From: Octopus sinensis
Lineage: Eukaryota
Assembly: GCF_006345805.1 (NCBI RefSeq)
Contig: NC_042997.1
Span: forward strand, 54,002,001-54,066,000
Length of the DNA: 64,000 bases
Reading direction: 5' to 3'
Made by a program: the position numbers and the translations under genes. The notes beneath the pieces are model-generated. The model had not been told where the DNA came from, did not search any database, and saw only the letters and a program-made list of their open reading frames with translations. Shown in pieces: positions 1-12,879 of this stretch (within the stretch, counting starts at the first letter, position 1; each line of letters starts with the position of its first letter).

Positions 1-699
1 GTCAGATAATGAATTAAAATTATTTTTCTTGAAAAACAAAGCTATGTTTGCTAAAACATTTCAATATTTTGTACAACCTCATACAGAGGGCAAAATTAGC
101 ATTATGCTAATAATATAAAAATAAAATAGTGATCACAAAGACTAGCTCTACATGTACACAGAATTTTTATGTGAAGCAACACAGGATTGATTTTGGCTTG
201 GCATAGACAATATTTGTTCAGAAGCCATGCCTTGATCTACATTATGTGTTACTGTAGACATTCAATAAAATCAAGAGTGCATACCAAGCAGATAGTTATA
301 TACAAGATAGAAACAGCATTGCAGAATTTTAAAAGCAGAAACACTTGATTAACTTTCAAATGTAAGGAGGGGAAGAAAAAAAAAGAACAATTCTAAACAT
401 GATCACACAAGCTTTATTTCATGGACTCATACAAGGTTTTGAAATAAAGTCAGGAAAGGGAGAATACAGAAGAGGCGAGAATAGGTGTGCTCTTTCTTCC
501 TTTAATTGTATTCTTTAGGTTTTTTTTTATTTTTTGGATGATATTTTTTGTATTCTGTAACTGGATTCATCTGTAAGGTCAGGCTTTGCTGGTAAGTTAA
601 ACCTGTAATGCTTCAGTAGCAGGTAAATATATAGAGTAGGGAACAACCTGTCTTAGTACTTGTCAACACTTAGTCTACGAGGAGAAGCGGTATATTTAC

Positions 700-1023
700 C
701 TAACTCCCGCCGGGAAGAACATACATCACTTTCAGATTCACTACGGCTGCTACGTGCCCGTAATCTGCCTCGGCCCCGACGACCTGCTGTAGGCTTAGTA
801 GGTTTCAATGGCACTGAGGAAGTCTTTTCTGATGCAGTAGTTGCAGCTGATGTAGGAGATGATGCAGGCGATTTGACCAGAGGAGGTGAGGTGGGCTTGG
901 ATGAGGGTGGGGCAGATACTGTTGCCATGGAAGATGATGAGTCTGATCGTAAACATGTTTGGGAAGTTTGCTTAACTGATAATACAGGGCCACTTTCAGA
1001 ACTTGCTGAGAGTCCTTCTGATG
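700..1023 (-). CDS. BRPF1: BRPF exon H (324 nt), Ser/Pro-rich low-complexity region with RRGRGR basic patch
   Basis: Lies within ORF 653..1045. Polypyrimidine acceptor tctttttcag, donor GTAAAT, phase 1/1. GC-richer than flanks. Poorly conserved, so the donor position is less certain. Confidence 0.75.
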
Positions 1024-3057
1024 CTGAAAAAGAATCGAGATGCAATATAAAAGAGCAAGTTATAAAAAAAATATAAAATCTTACTCACAAAGTTGACATA
1101 TTCAATGTTTTAAATCCAAAATTTACCAATTAAATTTATAATTTAATGATTTTTTAAAAAAAATAACAATATGTACATCATTGGAATAAAAGATCGAGTT
1201 AAAAGAATTATTATTTTGAAAGAAATACATGGAAATAATAGTTTTCATCTTGAAGAACAATGCTAACAATACAGTCATTAATATCATCATTAAACATCCA
1301 TCTCCGATGCTGACATAGGTTGGACAGTTCAACAGTGTCAAAGTGTGTTGTGATCCAATGTCTACTTTAGTATGGTTTCCACAGCTGGATGCCCTTCCAA
1401 ATGCCAACCACTTTAAAGGCCTGAGTGATGTTGTTATGTAACTTGCAAGACAAAAGAGCCCCACTTGATTGAGTAGAGAGGGAGGCAACTTTATGCTAGG
1501 TGTTGATAGAAAAGACTAGAACAGGATTTTTGTTATAGAAGAGACACATGGCTAATTTGCATTATATAAGGATAGGTAGGGGCAATCACAGCAGAGCTGG
1601 AAAGAGAGATAAAGATGATGGTGTCAGAGTGTGGTCTCAAGGCACATGTGGGTGAATAGAAGAATGAAAGAGACAGAAGATCCAAAAGGGTAAATGGGTG
1701 GTGATTGCAGTGTGTGTGTGGGTAGAATGATAGATGATTGGCGCTGAGGTAATGGAGTAGAGGTGAATAAAGTGAATGGTAAACAAGAGTGGAAGGGTGG
1801 TTGATGGTAAATGAGCTGAAGGGAAGGTAGGGGAGAAGAGAAAATAACCAGCAGTAGAGAGAGGGTGAAGAGCAGTAGGTTAATAACAATACAGTAGATT
1901 AATTATATGATGACTGCAGGAAACAAAGAAGAATCCATCAAAATTTAACTAAGAATACTATTGCTATTTACTAAGAGACAATTGCAATATATTGTAGATG
2001 AGATGTAACTGCTGGAAGTAGCCCTGGATAATTAGCTACCATTACATAAAAGCTTTCAGCAAGATAACAATTTCTGAATATGGGCGTGAGATGGAAGCTA
2101 TTCTGGGAAGAGTGACTATATTTGAAATTAGCAGCAAAAGAGGGAAATAAAGAAAATTAGAAGTTATAAGCAAGAGTGATCACCATTAGAATAGGAAAGA
2201 AAAACTGTATACCACAATAATAGCAATAAAAAAAAAACAAAGGTTTGTGTTGAAGGAAGAAGTCAGGAGTGTTTTGAAGATTTAGCCAAACATCAGCCAA
2301 AAGTCTCTGATGAAACGGAAATGACATTTGTGAAAGTGGCATAGCAGTCATATCAGCTATTTTGAAAATGAAGGGCTGTGGAACCCTAAAACAACCTGCT
2401 TTGAGATAAGCCATAACAGTTTAAAATATCATGCCAATTATTTCAATGACAGATGAGTCATACAGTCTACACAAGATATGAACTAAAAATACACACATTT
2501 CTGTATCTTGCTGATTCTTTTATACAGTGATGTATCAAATGAAATAAGTCTTCTCAAAACTAAATGTGAACAGCAGACAGATTTCTGCTCAGTGAATTAT
2601 TATTAATTAATAAATACACTAGGCTAGTCCGGATTAGAAACAATCAATTAATATTGCTTTATGGTGTAGATATATTGCCAACTAAATTTCTCACTTATAT
2701 AGGATACAAACTTGAATGGTATTTTGCCTATCACTACGTTCTAAGTGCAAATTCCACTGAGGTCTACATTCTGCACCTTTGCCTGAAAGTAATAAGCTAA
2801 AGATAGTGACATCTGTTGATATTCCCTATAAAATAATGGTCTTGTAGCTCTGTATTTTTGAAGATAAGTAGAATGAAAAAAAAATTCTTTACTTTGGAAA
2901 ACAGGTAAAGGGTGGAGACAAGGAGGGCATCCAGCTGTAAACAAAATTACATATCAGTCCAACCCATGTTGGCATAGAACAAAAAAAAAACACATAAAAC
3001 AAGTGAATTAAATAAAACAGAAGATAGTGTAAATTATATAACAGAAATATCACTTAC

Positions 3058-3180
3058 AAGGTTCAGTTCCCTGAGCAGGATCTTCATTCTCACTGGAACA
3101 AATATTTCTTTGTAGAGCGAGTCTTCGCCGCACTTTTATTATCTCTTTTTTAATTCTCTTTGCAAATTTAGAGCGCTTGC
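3058..3180 (-). CDS. BRPF1: BRPF exon G (123 nt): (G)KRSKFAKRIKKEIIKVRRRLALQRNICSSENEDPAQGTEP
   Basis: Acceptor tttctctag, donor GTAAGT, phase 1/1. Matches the RS..AK.IKKE...LRRKL motif. Confidence 0.88.
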
Positions 3181-4372
3181 CTAGAGAAAGTATTCATTTA
3201 TAATAATATTTATCAAACTTGAAAAAACAATAATTCAAGAAATTTAACTTCTTCCTTTTTTTTTTTTAAATACAACTGCATAATTTACATGCTACAAGCA
3301 AGTATTCTTCAGAGTTCTGTGAATGGCACTATAAAATCTAAAGAAATAATTCGATTGAAAAGGTGGTAAGTAATCTTGTTCAGCCTTTACATTACTTTCA
3401 AGCATCATCATGTCGTTACAATACTTTCAGAGGCTTGGCTAAAGTTTAAAACATATATACATCACACACATACATTAGAACCTACCAGTAATTTAAAGTG
3501 ATTAAAAATGGAAGCAAGACTAATAGAAAAATTTCTATTTTAAAATATGCAAAATGTAATTTTGTAATATTTTCTTTCCAACCACCTGTTAAGTGCTTTG
3601 TAAGATGATTTTGCAAATTCTGTAATTGATAAATAAGACTACTGGGACACCAGAGTGTGTGTATGCACATGTGCATATGTGTGCATGCATGCACACATTT
3701 AAACAGATGACTAAGTGGGTTGGCAACAAGAAGGGCATCCAGCTGTGAAAATTGCCTCACAGAGTACCATGTAACTTGTGCCAACATGGAAAGGCAAGTG
3801 AAAAAGATGATGCATGTGTTTGCATATGTGCATGCCTGTGCATACCATTATTCTACATCCATTAATACACACAGATAATATAGTAAATGGATATTAAGTT
3901 TTCACATTTTCCTGCTGTCACAATTATTTTGCACAGTAAAAGCAATAAATCTGGGGGAAAAAAAACAACTTTGCTTTGCAACCAAGTGGTTCTAGGTTTA
4001 AAACCACTGCACAGCACCTTCAAATTTACTGATACTTTCCATGTGGAATTTGGTAGAAGGCTGTAGGTGTGAGTGTATGTAGATATATATAAAAATAGAC
4101 ATCTCTCTCTCACACACACAGACACAAAGTTTCAGATTCAGTCTGTGTGTCACTTTGGGCAAATGACTTCTATAGTCCTGGGCTGACTTATGGCTTGGAG
4201 TGGATTCAGTAGCCAGAAACCAGAAGAAGCTTGGGACACATGCATAGCTGTGTGATTGGAGTTCTAAGTACAGTCCCATGAAGTAACATTTTGGACAAGT
4301 GTCTTCTACAAGAACCTCGGGCGAACCAAAGCCTTGCAAGTAGATTTACAAGACAGAATCTGGAAGAAGCTC

Positions 4373-4408
<36 letters not shown>

Positions 4409-4983
4409 TGTGTGTGTGTGTGTGTGTGTGTGCATGCCCACATGCATGTGTACATGTGTTTGTGTCTTCTTGTCTTGACAAAGTAATACAAACACACAAC
4501 ACCTGTAACAGTTGTAAACAAGCATCACTGTCATATAAATGGTGATGTTTGTTTCCAACCTCATGTGAAAAAAAGTCTGGCTATGATGAAATATTACCTT
4601 GGAAACAGGTGAGGGTTGACAACAGGAAAGGCATCTGGCCATAGAAAATCTGTAGGCATGTGTGTGTTAATGATACATCTCATTCACTTGTATGAAAACT
4701 GCAACAAACAGGCAGTGATGTTGTCCTGTCAACAATCATCTGCTTGCTTTGCACCTTCAAAGCCAGATTGGAATAAGAGATGCCTAACTTCAAAGTCAGG
4801 AAAAGACGAGTGACAGAAAAAATATCCAACAGTAAAATAATACCTTGATAAGAAATTCATCTTTGTGTGCACAAACAATTAATTTGGTCAACTTTTATAT
4901 TACCATTAACATAACAAATTTTCCTTCCAGAAAGTGTTATTTATTTTCGGTGTAATGTGGAAACGCACAACTCTTCTACTTAC

Positions 4984-5085
4984 CGCCGTGAGGTATGCTG
5001 TTTGTCATGTCCATTCTGTCCAGCAGCAAACTTAATTGCTCTTTCAGTGGCATGTCTTCCTTAACATCTTGTAGAAAACTGTCAA
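4984..5085 (-). CDS. BRPF1: BRPF exon F (102 nt): (F)DSFLQDVKEDMPLKEQLSLLLDRMDMTNSIPHG
   Basis: Acceptor ttttctag, donor GTAAGT, phase 1/1. Matches the MP.EEQL.LLL.RLD motif of the BRPF family. Confidence 0.9.
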
Positions 5086-6214
5086 CTAGAAAAAAAAAAG
5101 TGAAAACAACTCTTGAGATATATGTAAACTGGCAGCATGAATGTCATGTCTTATCCACCTGTCTCTTATGAAATACAGCAAATTGGAAACAGAATCAGTA
5201 GTGTGTCAGTCAAAATATCTAATAGTATTTGGCTAAATCCCTTTACATTCTATGTTCAAATCAGGTTGACTTTGCCTTTAATTCTCCTGAGGTTCATAAA
5301 ATAAACACTGGAGATCATGAAATCACTTGTGCCTTTAGGGGCCCCAGTATGGCCATAATTCACTGACTGAAACTAGTCGAAGAAAACAGTGTCTGTCTAA
5401 GCAACGACACACAATTTAAAATAGACATAATAGCAGTCCCAGCATGTCTACGACGTGAAGATATAGACTGTGACACACATAGTAGGGGAAAAAAGTTAAA
5501 CTTTCTAAGATTCAGAGTGGTTAAAACAAATAAAGCCCAGAGTCAGATGGATGTTCCAATTACAACAAGTAAATTTTAGGATAGCCCTTGGGTTCGTTGG
5601 AGCTAATTCCTCAACAGGTGAATGAACAGAAAAACAAAACAGTGCATCCTGACAGGAATTACATTTGACAGCTAATAGCGAAATACAAGTTAAGATTCTA
5701 CAATGATATTAGTAATATACAAACATTAGTAAAGCACCCATTTTAGCTCATTTTATAATTAAGAATTCTTAAAGCAATCATTTCCAAAGGAAATAAACCG
5801 AATTTTCATAAATACATCCCTCTTCTAAAATAGGGGGGGGGGGTGCAAACTTGAAAAACAATAAACACCCTCCGTCACGCAAACACACGCGCGCATATAC
5901 ATACCAACACAGGCACACGAGTTATGTCCCTTGTACCTATAGGACGGTCGCCCAAATTATCTGATGTTTACAAACAGCGCGTGGCACTAACTTTCAATCA
6001 CTAAACTAAATTAATATAATAAACACGTGAACATCGAAATATATGAAGAACTGGTTTTATTTTTCAACATTAACAATGTTTTCCTATGTAGGTATCTATG
6101 AAAAGGGAGAGTGTGTGTGTGCGTGCGCTATATATATAATTTTATGCACTTCGTTCATACAAGTGAGTAGAAGTAAATATTTTCGAAATAGTACTCAATA
6201 CACAGTAAATCTCA

Positions 6215-7480
6215 CACATACACACACACAATCACCAGCTTTTCGATTTTTTGTGTTTTTAAGGACTTCTTTCGATTTATCAATGGTGAAATCGCCAGTT
6301 ATGACATCAATTAAGTAGTCAATAATTGATGTTACATGTGTATCAAAAACTGCGGGCATGTTCCCAAGCAAATTTTGAAAATAATCCTTCCACTTTTTCT
6401 GAGTGTTCCTGTGGGTGATTCTTAGCTTCAATTTGGACTTGTAGTTTTTCCGTCCACTTATTTCGTTTACTGTCTGCCAAGCTAGTGGTGTCTGATTCTT
6501 TGCAGCTTGCTTCATTTGTTTACATAGTTTTATAGTATAGGTCTACTTAGCTCTTTTTGTAGCTTTTTGAAACTGAATGCATTTGAGGGACTTGGATGTA
6601 TCATTTTAGTTTGAACTGCTTCTTTGAGATGTTTTCTCTTTATCACCTCTTGGTCATCCCAGAGAAGACGTTTATTAGTTCTTGGTTTTATAGGAATGAT
6701 CTCTTTTGCAACTTCTGTGTGGGACGTTCCAAAATAAAGTATGCTGTGTTGGAGAAATTTTCCTCATTTTCATTTCATAGTAGCTCAAATCTGTTTCTAA
6801 TTGCTATGGTGTATTGATTGCAGATTTCTCTGTTGTTGGTTAAAACTGACCAGTCATATACCAGAGGCTAAAAGGATTTGGTTTCGCTAAAGCAAAATTT
6901 TGTGGTTACAGCTCACTCTGTCAAAAGTATTGTAACATTATGTTTAAGGGGTGCTATTCACCCATTTCTAGTTGAGCAGCATGTAATCTAGTTGGGTATT
7001 TGAGCCATTGGCATAGGTGAAGGTATACAGCCTGGAGGGTTTCTTTTAGAATTTGACATTTAGACATAGATTTTCAAAAAACATTCAGTTACATATTAAC
7101 CATTTATGGGCTTCAGATTTTTCAAAATGGGCATTCATATTACCTCCAGTTATGAAAACATTGTGCTTTGTTATTTGTCTCACTGATGAAGAGCCTGATA
7201 AAAATTGGAAACTTCATCATCTGCTGCATTCATTGAAGAACAGCAAGGTATCAGTGATGGTTCTGGATTTCCTTAATAACAGGCTATGTATTATTCTTGT
7301 ATGAATTTTCATTATGCAGTTCAGAGATTTGAGGGCAGGTGGGCTCTGTAACATGGCTACACTACCAATGGTCGAACTAGTAGAATTTTCCCAAGCTGAT
7401 GCTGAAATGAAAGTCTGGCCTTTATTTACCATCGTTGTGTTTCAGTTCAACATCATCAAAATAAAGTTTTGTGTTCTTGT
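6215..7480 (-). mobile_element. LINE fragment (RTE-like): APE endonuclease and linker, broken before RT
   Basis: ORF 6195..6515 (AWQTVNEISGRK...WKDYFQNLLG...GDFT.D..KEVLKNTKNRKAG) and degenerate endonuclease pieces (SAWENSTSSTIG; GGNMNAH). Ends at a (CA)n tract. Confidence 0.7.
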
Positions 7481-8894
7481 ACAACACAGATAACATTGAT
7501 TTTGTGCTTGGTGTACATGTATAAATTTATACACTTGTGCATACAGACATTAGGTATGTATTGCCTATAAATATTGAACAACGATCTATATTGCTGGTAA
7601 ATGTTATACAAACATAATTAAATCATTATCCACAACAACAGCAGCAGCAATTAAAGTCTACTCTCCATGCCAACATGAGTTGAATGGTTTGACAAGATTC
7701 AAGAAGCCAGGAGATGGTGTCATGCTCCAATGTCCATTTTGGCAAGGTTCTATGGCTGGATATCCTTCCTAACACCAACCTCCTTACAGAGTGAATTTTT
7801 TTTTTTTTTTTGTGACACCAGCACTAGTGAGGTTACCTTGCGACTAAAAAGGCTCTAAAACTGAAGGAGAATCGGAGGAAGGATGTGATGATTCTAGATG
7901 ATCTAGATGAGGTGATGAGAGAGGGAGAAGTGTGATGAAACTGATTTATAGTTGTTGAGAGGCCGGTAGAGGTGAAAGTAAGAGCAGACACTACTGGAGA
8001 AGGAAGAATAAAATGGACAGGGTTCAAGGAAGGGATTGACATCAAGAGTTAGTGAGAAAAGGAGTGGCAGAGTGGTAAGGGTGATGAGATGGGTTAAACA
8101 AAAGTGGATCTAAGACTCTCTCACTATAAAGGCAAGTGTGGACAGACAATTAGGGAAAGGGAACATTACAAAGAGAAAAAGAAATGAAGAACTGATAGGG
8201 TATTGAGGTGGCAGAGAAGCTATGAGGAAAGGAGAGTGAAAGAAAAAATAAAGAGAGTGATGAATGGCAGTGACCTAACAAGCTATGAGATGATAAAAAT
8301 GGTGGAATGCTGATTGAAGTGAATGGGTAGCTGGATAGAAGGAAAATGAGCTGAGATAAAGTGATGAGGATGAACCATTAGCCCCTCATACATAGCTTGG
8401 TGAAGGCTAGAGGTTAGCAGAGCAGCCATTCAAAGTGTGGAAGCTTCATAGGTGGCAAGGAGATAAGAGAACATAGGTTAAGGGTGACAGAGAGATTAGA
8501 TGATTGAAAGGAATAGAGAAATAGGTGGAAGGGTGAGGTGATCAACAGGTAGATAAGAGGTGGATGTCAGGGTGCAGGAGTGAAGGCAAATATCATAATG
8601 ATTTTTTAACATCTACTTCCTGTGCTTGCATGGGTCTTACAAGATATCAGAGCAGAGTACTTTTACAGCTGGATGCTCTTCCTGATGCCAGCCCTCACCT
8701 GTGCACAAGCAAAGTAATATCTTCCAGTCTATAAATAACAGACCGCATATGGTTACATGGAGAACTGGAAACAAATAAGACTGCTTGTATGAATCACAAG
8801 CCTTTGCTTACAACAGAATCATGCATGATATCAAGACATGCTTATCAAGAAACCTAGGACAAGCTTATGCAATAGACTGCAAATGAACAATACC

Positions 8895-9126
8895 TATTTC
8901 TTTACTACCCACAAGGGGCTAAACACAGAGGGGACAAACAAGGACAGACAAATGGATTAAGTCGATTACATCAACCCCAGTGCGTAACTGGTACTTAATT
9001 TATCGACCCTGAAAGGATGAAAGGCAAGGTCAACCTTGGCGGAATTTGAACTCAGAACGTAATGGCAGGCGAAATACGGCTACACATTTCACCCGGTGTG
9101 CTAACGTTTCTGCCGGCTCGCCACCG
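8895..9126 (-). mobile_element. tRNA-derived SINE (family B), full length with 22-bp TSD
   Basis: Head cggtggcgagccggcagaaacgttagc and B-box-like gagttcaaattcc. TSD taga[c/t]tgcaaatgaacaatacc at 8873-8894 and 9127-9148. Confidence 0.85.
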
Positions 9127-9652
9127 TAGATTGCAAATGAACAATACCATCTGCATGAACAGTTAGGCCTTTATTTACAATCAGTGAACACATGCCAAGA
9201 CACAGGAAAACAAGTACTCACACAAATGAAAATTTACACACATACACATATGTACATGCACATACACACATAACAATTTCCATGTTATTTTCATTCACAA
9301 GGTATATGTCAAAACACAGCAAGTAGTAAAGGACACTGGTCAACAGTATCCATGCAGAAAGATCGAAACCTTAACCAAATTGTTCCAAAGTGAATATCTT
9401 AAGCACATTGCCATGTCTATGCCTAATATATACATAAATACATACATACCTATAAATTACAAAAACACACACATGCATTCACATATAGATATGTGTACAT
9501 GATAATTGCCTCATCTCCTCAGATGATAGCCACTTCACATTCAGTCTGATTGTTCTGATTTACTTACATCTTTGCATGAGCAAGGACTTTATAAACTACA
9601 AAGCAGACTAAGAAATTGAGTAAATAGTGAGACATCTGAATGCCATTGGATT

Positions 9653-10195
9653 TATGGGGGTGGGCTGAAAAGTTCAGAGGCTGACCATGAAAGAGTGATG
9701 CAAGAGCTGTGAAAGTTTGCATACATTAATTTCAACCCTTCTTATTAATAAAAGCATTGTTTCTTTCCAGGTAAATTGACATCTGACTGTTCAAAGAAGA
9801 CTTCAAAAGTAACTAGTAGCGACATCTCTTGAAAACAGACAAAATATGGCATCATGGTGTTTTCAAGTACCTGCAGAAAAAGGGTTTAGTCACCAAGGAC
9901 TTACATGAGGATGATGCTTCAATTTTGTCAACAGTACAAAAGTGGGCAGAGAAATTTAGGAGGGGAAGGGACAGTCTTAAAGCTGACCTATCATCCGAAC
10001 ATCATACAACTGCCACCACTGAAGAAAACATTGATCATGTTCACTACAGGCAATTGACTAAAAATCAAATAGTCAATGCTGTGTGCATATCTTGTGAAAG
10101 AGTTGAGAATATTCTGCACAATAAACTTTGCATGATGATGGTTTCGGCTCGGTGGGTACCACATCTTCTGATTCCTGATCAAAAGCAGCTTAATT
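9653..10195 (+). mobile_element. Mariner transposon 5' relic (N-terminal HTH transposase)
   Basis: ORF 9829..10275 contains KWAEKFRRGRDSL and SARWVPHLL (WVPHEL-type motif). TIR-like tatgggggtgggctgaaaagttc at the start. Confidence 0.8.
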
Positions 10196-10500
10196 TAATT
10201 CATCCTCAGTTGAAAGACACCTGTTGTTTTCATATACATTCGCTTGCTTTCTTCCAAAAATTTATTGGCTCTTAGCTTAGATTTTCTTGGGGCCAGCCAG
10301 ATTGGAGCAGTCTTGAGTGTAACCAGCTGAAACTGCTGAGATAATCTAGAACTCAACTGAGGATAGAAAGCTCCAAATGACCTGTCCTGGTTTTTTCCTG
10401 TCCTTTTTAGTATCATCTATCAGGATGTTTTGTTGTCACCTGTTATGTTCTTGTTCCATTTTTTGTTTTCTTTTTTATTTATATATATATATATATATAA

Positions 10501-10748
10501 AAAAAAAAGCACCATCCGAACGTGGCCGATGCCAGACCCCTCTGGCACCTGTGCAGGTGGCACGTAAAAAACACCCACTACACTCGCGGAGTGGTTGGCG
10601 TTAGGAAGGGCATCCAGCTGTAGAAACACTGCCAGACTAGACTGGAGCCTGGGGCAGTCCCTAGCTCCCCAGACCCCGGTCGAAACCGTCCAACCCGTGC
10701 TAGCGCGGAAAACGGACGTTAAACGATGATGATGATGATGATGATGAT
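10501..10748 (+). mobile_element. RTE-tailed SINE / RTE 3' end (family A)
   Basis: gtggttggcgttaggaagggcatccagctgtagaaac...ggacgttaaac(GAT)n. The most abundant repeat in the window. Confidence 0.85.
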
Positions 10749-10765
10749 ATATATATATATATATA

Positions 10766-11620
10766 TGAGCTGACGTACCCAGTAATTCCTGGGAAGGTGG
10801 GGCTTATCACTTGGTTCCATTCTCATAATTGTTTCACTAATCTGATAACAACAATACAAAGTATGTAGCCTTTAAAATGGTTTTTGTGCATTTACAGAGA
10901 ATACCGAACTGTCTTACACAGGATCTTGTTTTTAGGAATTCCCAAAAAGGTATGAATACCCAAATTGTGAAGTCATTTATGTAATAACATGAAATTAGTT
11001 ACTCGATAGTAAGAATTCAAATAAAGTAGACCTGAAAAGGGTTTTAATGCATTCCCAGAGTATATAAAACATAGAAGAAAATACTAATAAGATATGTATA
11101 TTAAAACCGTGAAGCATGTAACATAGTAACAGGCTAATCAGATATGAGATAATAACAATTCAAAGTAAATAACTCTGAAAAGGGCTTTTGTGTGTTCCCA
11201 GAGAATATTACATTCAGGGGCACTAGTGTTGGTGTATTCATGAATAAGTAAGTCACTAACCGAAATAAGTGGATCTATTGTTTAGGAAAATACTATATAC
11301 TTGTTTAAGGGTTGTACTGGATAAATTGCGAAAATAACTCTAACAATTCAAATACTAAGAAATAAGCATACTCAATTTCATTTTTACCAAATAATTTAGA
11401 AAAATGAATGGGTTATTTACCTTGGTTTTTAAAATAAAATTAGATATATATAAGGATCCCTTCCAGGTGCCCAATTATCGATTGTTTTCAACAATCTGAG
11501 TATGCCATGAGGTTTCCAGACATGAGTTCTACTCACATGTCAAGTTTCATCAAAATCAATAAAAAGATGTAGGAGGAGTTAGCTAACAACTCCGCAAATA
11601 TACCAGTAGATAGAATTTAT

Positions 11621-11660
<40 letters not shown>
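10766..11660 (-). mobile_element. Older non-autonomous Helitron-like element
   Basis: Hairpin CCCAG-TAATTC-CTGGG (10778-10793) lies next to a degenerate CTAG-equivalent end. The other end shares aaaa.atgt.ggaggagttag with the 56.6-kb element and dissolves into (CA)n/(TA)n. Confidence 0.45.
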
Positions 11661-11662
<2 letters not shown>

Positions 11663-11868
11663 ATATATATATATATACACACACACATGTATCTGTATAT
11701 TTGAATGCTACTGCTCCATTTTCTGAATTTTAATTTGAATATTTATCAACCAAGATTTATATTTAAACCTATTATTTTAGAAATATTACAATTCACAACA
11801 AATAGGTAACAAACCAGTAATTCATTGGATATTTTCTATCCTTTAAGGTAGTTTTTCTAACCTCTATT

Positions 11869-11903
<35 letters not shown>

Positions 11904-11967
11904 AAAAAATGAAGTTCGAAAATGCTGCTATATTAGACAAATTTTTAATTTTTATATATATACATTA

Positions 11968-12016
11968 TTTATTTAACATGTTTCGGTTCTTGAAATGATG
12001 AACCTTATCAAAAAAA
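11968..12016 (-). ncRNA. Minimal type I hammerhead-ribozyme-like motif with U3-A8 core variant (left arm)
   Basis: Minus strand reads UUUUU-UUGAUAA-GGUUC-AUCAUUUCAA-GAACC-GAAAC-AU-GUU-AAAUAAA. It has a perfect 5-bp stem II, GAAA core, palindromic ACAUGU stem III, GUU cleavage triplet and a weak AU-only stem I. Confidence 0.55.
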
Positions 12017-12280
12017 GTTATATATAAAAAAGATAGTTCATGCTATCAAATATAAAAAATTCATTTATAATATACAATAGAGTCAGACATCAAAAGTTCA
12101 TATATAGTGAAGTGAGTTCATGCTATATGTTTAAAGAGTATGATGCAGTGGTTCATAGTGGTGATATGCATTCAATATAAAAAATAGTTCAAAGTGGTGA
12201 TATGCAGTCAATATAAAAAATTGATGTTCTTGAAAGAGCGAGGAATTCATTTTAGATTTTACCTTGAGCAACTGTGATGA

Positions 12281-12513
12281 CTAATACAGCTATAGGTCGG
12301 GATTGGTCAGAATATTGATGACGTCCCGTTCTGCTTGACTAGCCACCTAACAGGATACAGACAAGGGGCAGATCTAATACAGCTATAGGTCGGGATTGGT
12401 CAGAATATTGATGACGTCCCGTTCTGCTTGACTAGCCACCTAACGAAACGATTTGTCAAAACGTTGATGACGTCACGTTCCACTGGACTGGCCACCTAAC
12501 AGGTGATATAAAA
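12281..12513 (+). promoter_or_regulatory. Pol II-like promoter module in the fold-back spacer
   Basis: Two identical 71-bp direct repeats (12281-12351, 12374-12444; period 93), each with an inverted CCAAT (GATTGGTCAG) and TGACGTCC. A third diverged partial copy has a perfect CRE TGACGTCA (12468-12475), followed by TATAAAA (12507-12513). CpG-rich relative to flanks. Confidence 0.55.
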
Positions 12514-12830
12514 CCCAAACAATTCACAAGGTTCGCCAGAACTGTCCAGCAGACACCGACCAAAAGTCATCACAGTTGCTCAAGGTAAAATCTAAAATGA
12601 ATTCCTCGCTCTTTCAAGAACATCAATTTTTTATATTGACTGCATATCACCACTTTGAACTATTTTTTATATTGAATGCATATCACCACTATGAACCACT
12701 GCATCATACTCTTTAAACATATAGCATGAACTCACTTCACTATATATGAACTTTTGATGTCTGACTCTATTGTATATTATAAATGAATTTTTTATATTTG
12801 ATAGCATGAACTATCTTTTTTATATATAAC

Positions 12831-12879
12831 TTTTTTTGATAAGGTTCATCATTTCAAGAACTGAAACATGTTAAATAAA
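12831..12879 (+). ncRNA. Mirror hammerhead-like motif (right arm), stem II closed by G-U
   Basis: Same sequence as the left-arm motif on the + strand, except GAACT replaces GAACC at 12862. Confidence 0.45.

Noticed and set aside
504-602. Candidate next exon after exon H (cattacag acceptor at 603-604)
   Set aside because: The phase-compatible frame stops after about 32 codons and has no PWWP similarity. Read-through of the exon H donor to the stop at 653 is also unsupported without transcript data.
660-1076. 138-aa + strand ORF
   Set aside because: It is the antisense shadow of BRPF exon H. The minus frame has splice sites and phase continuity, and the plus frame has no recognisable domain.
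10290-10385. CTGAGGA and GAAAC motifs in the unclassified repeat as another hammerhead
   Set aside because: The order and spacing of the motifs do not allow stems I-III to form.
12281-12503. Direct repeats with a short spacer, superficially CRISPR-like
   Set aside because: Only two full 71-bp units, eukaryotic intron context and no cas genes. Better explained as a promoter duplication.
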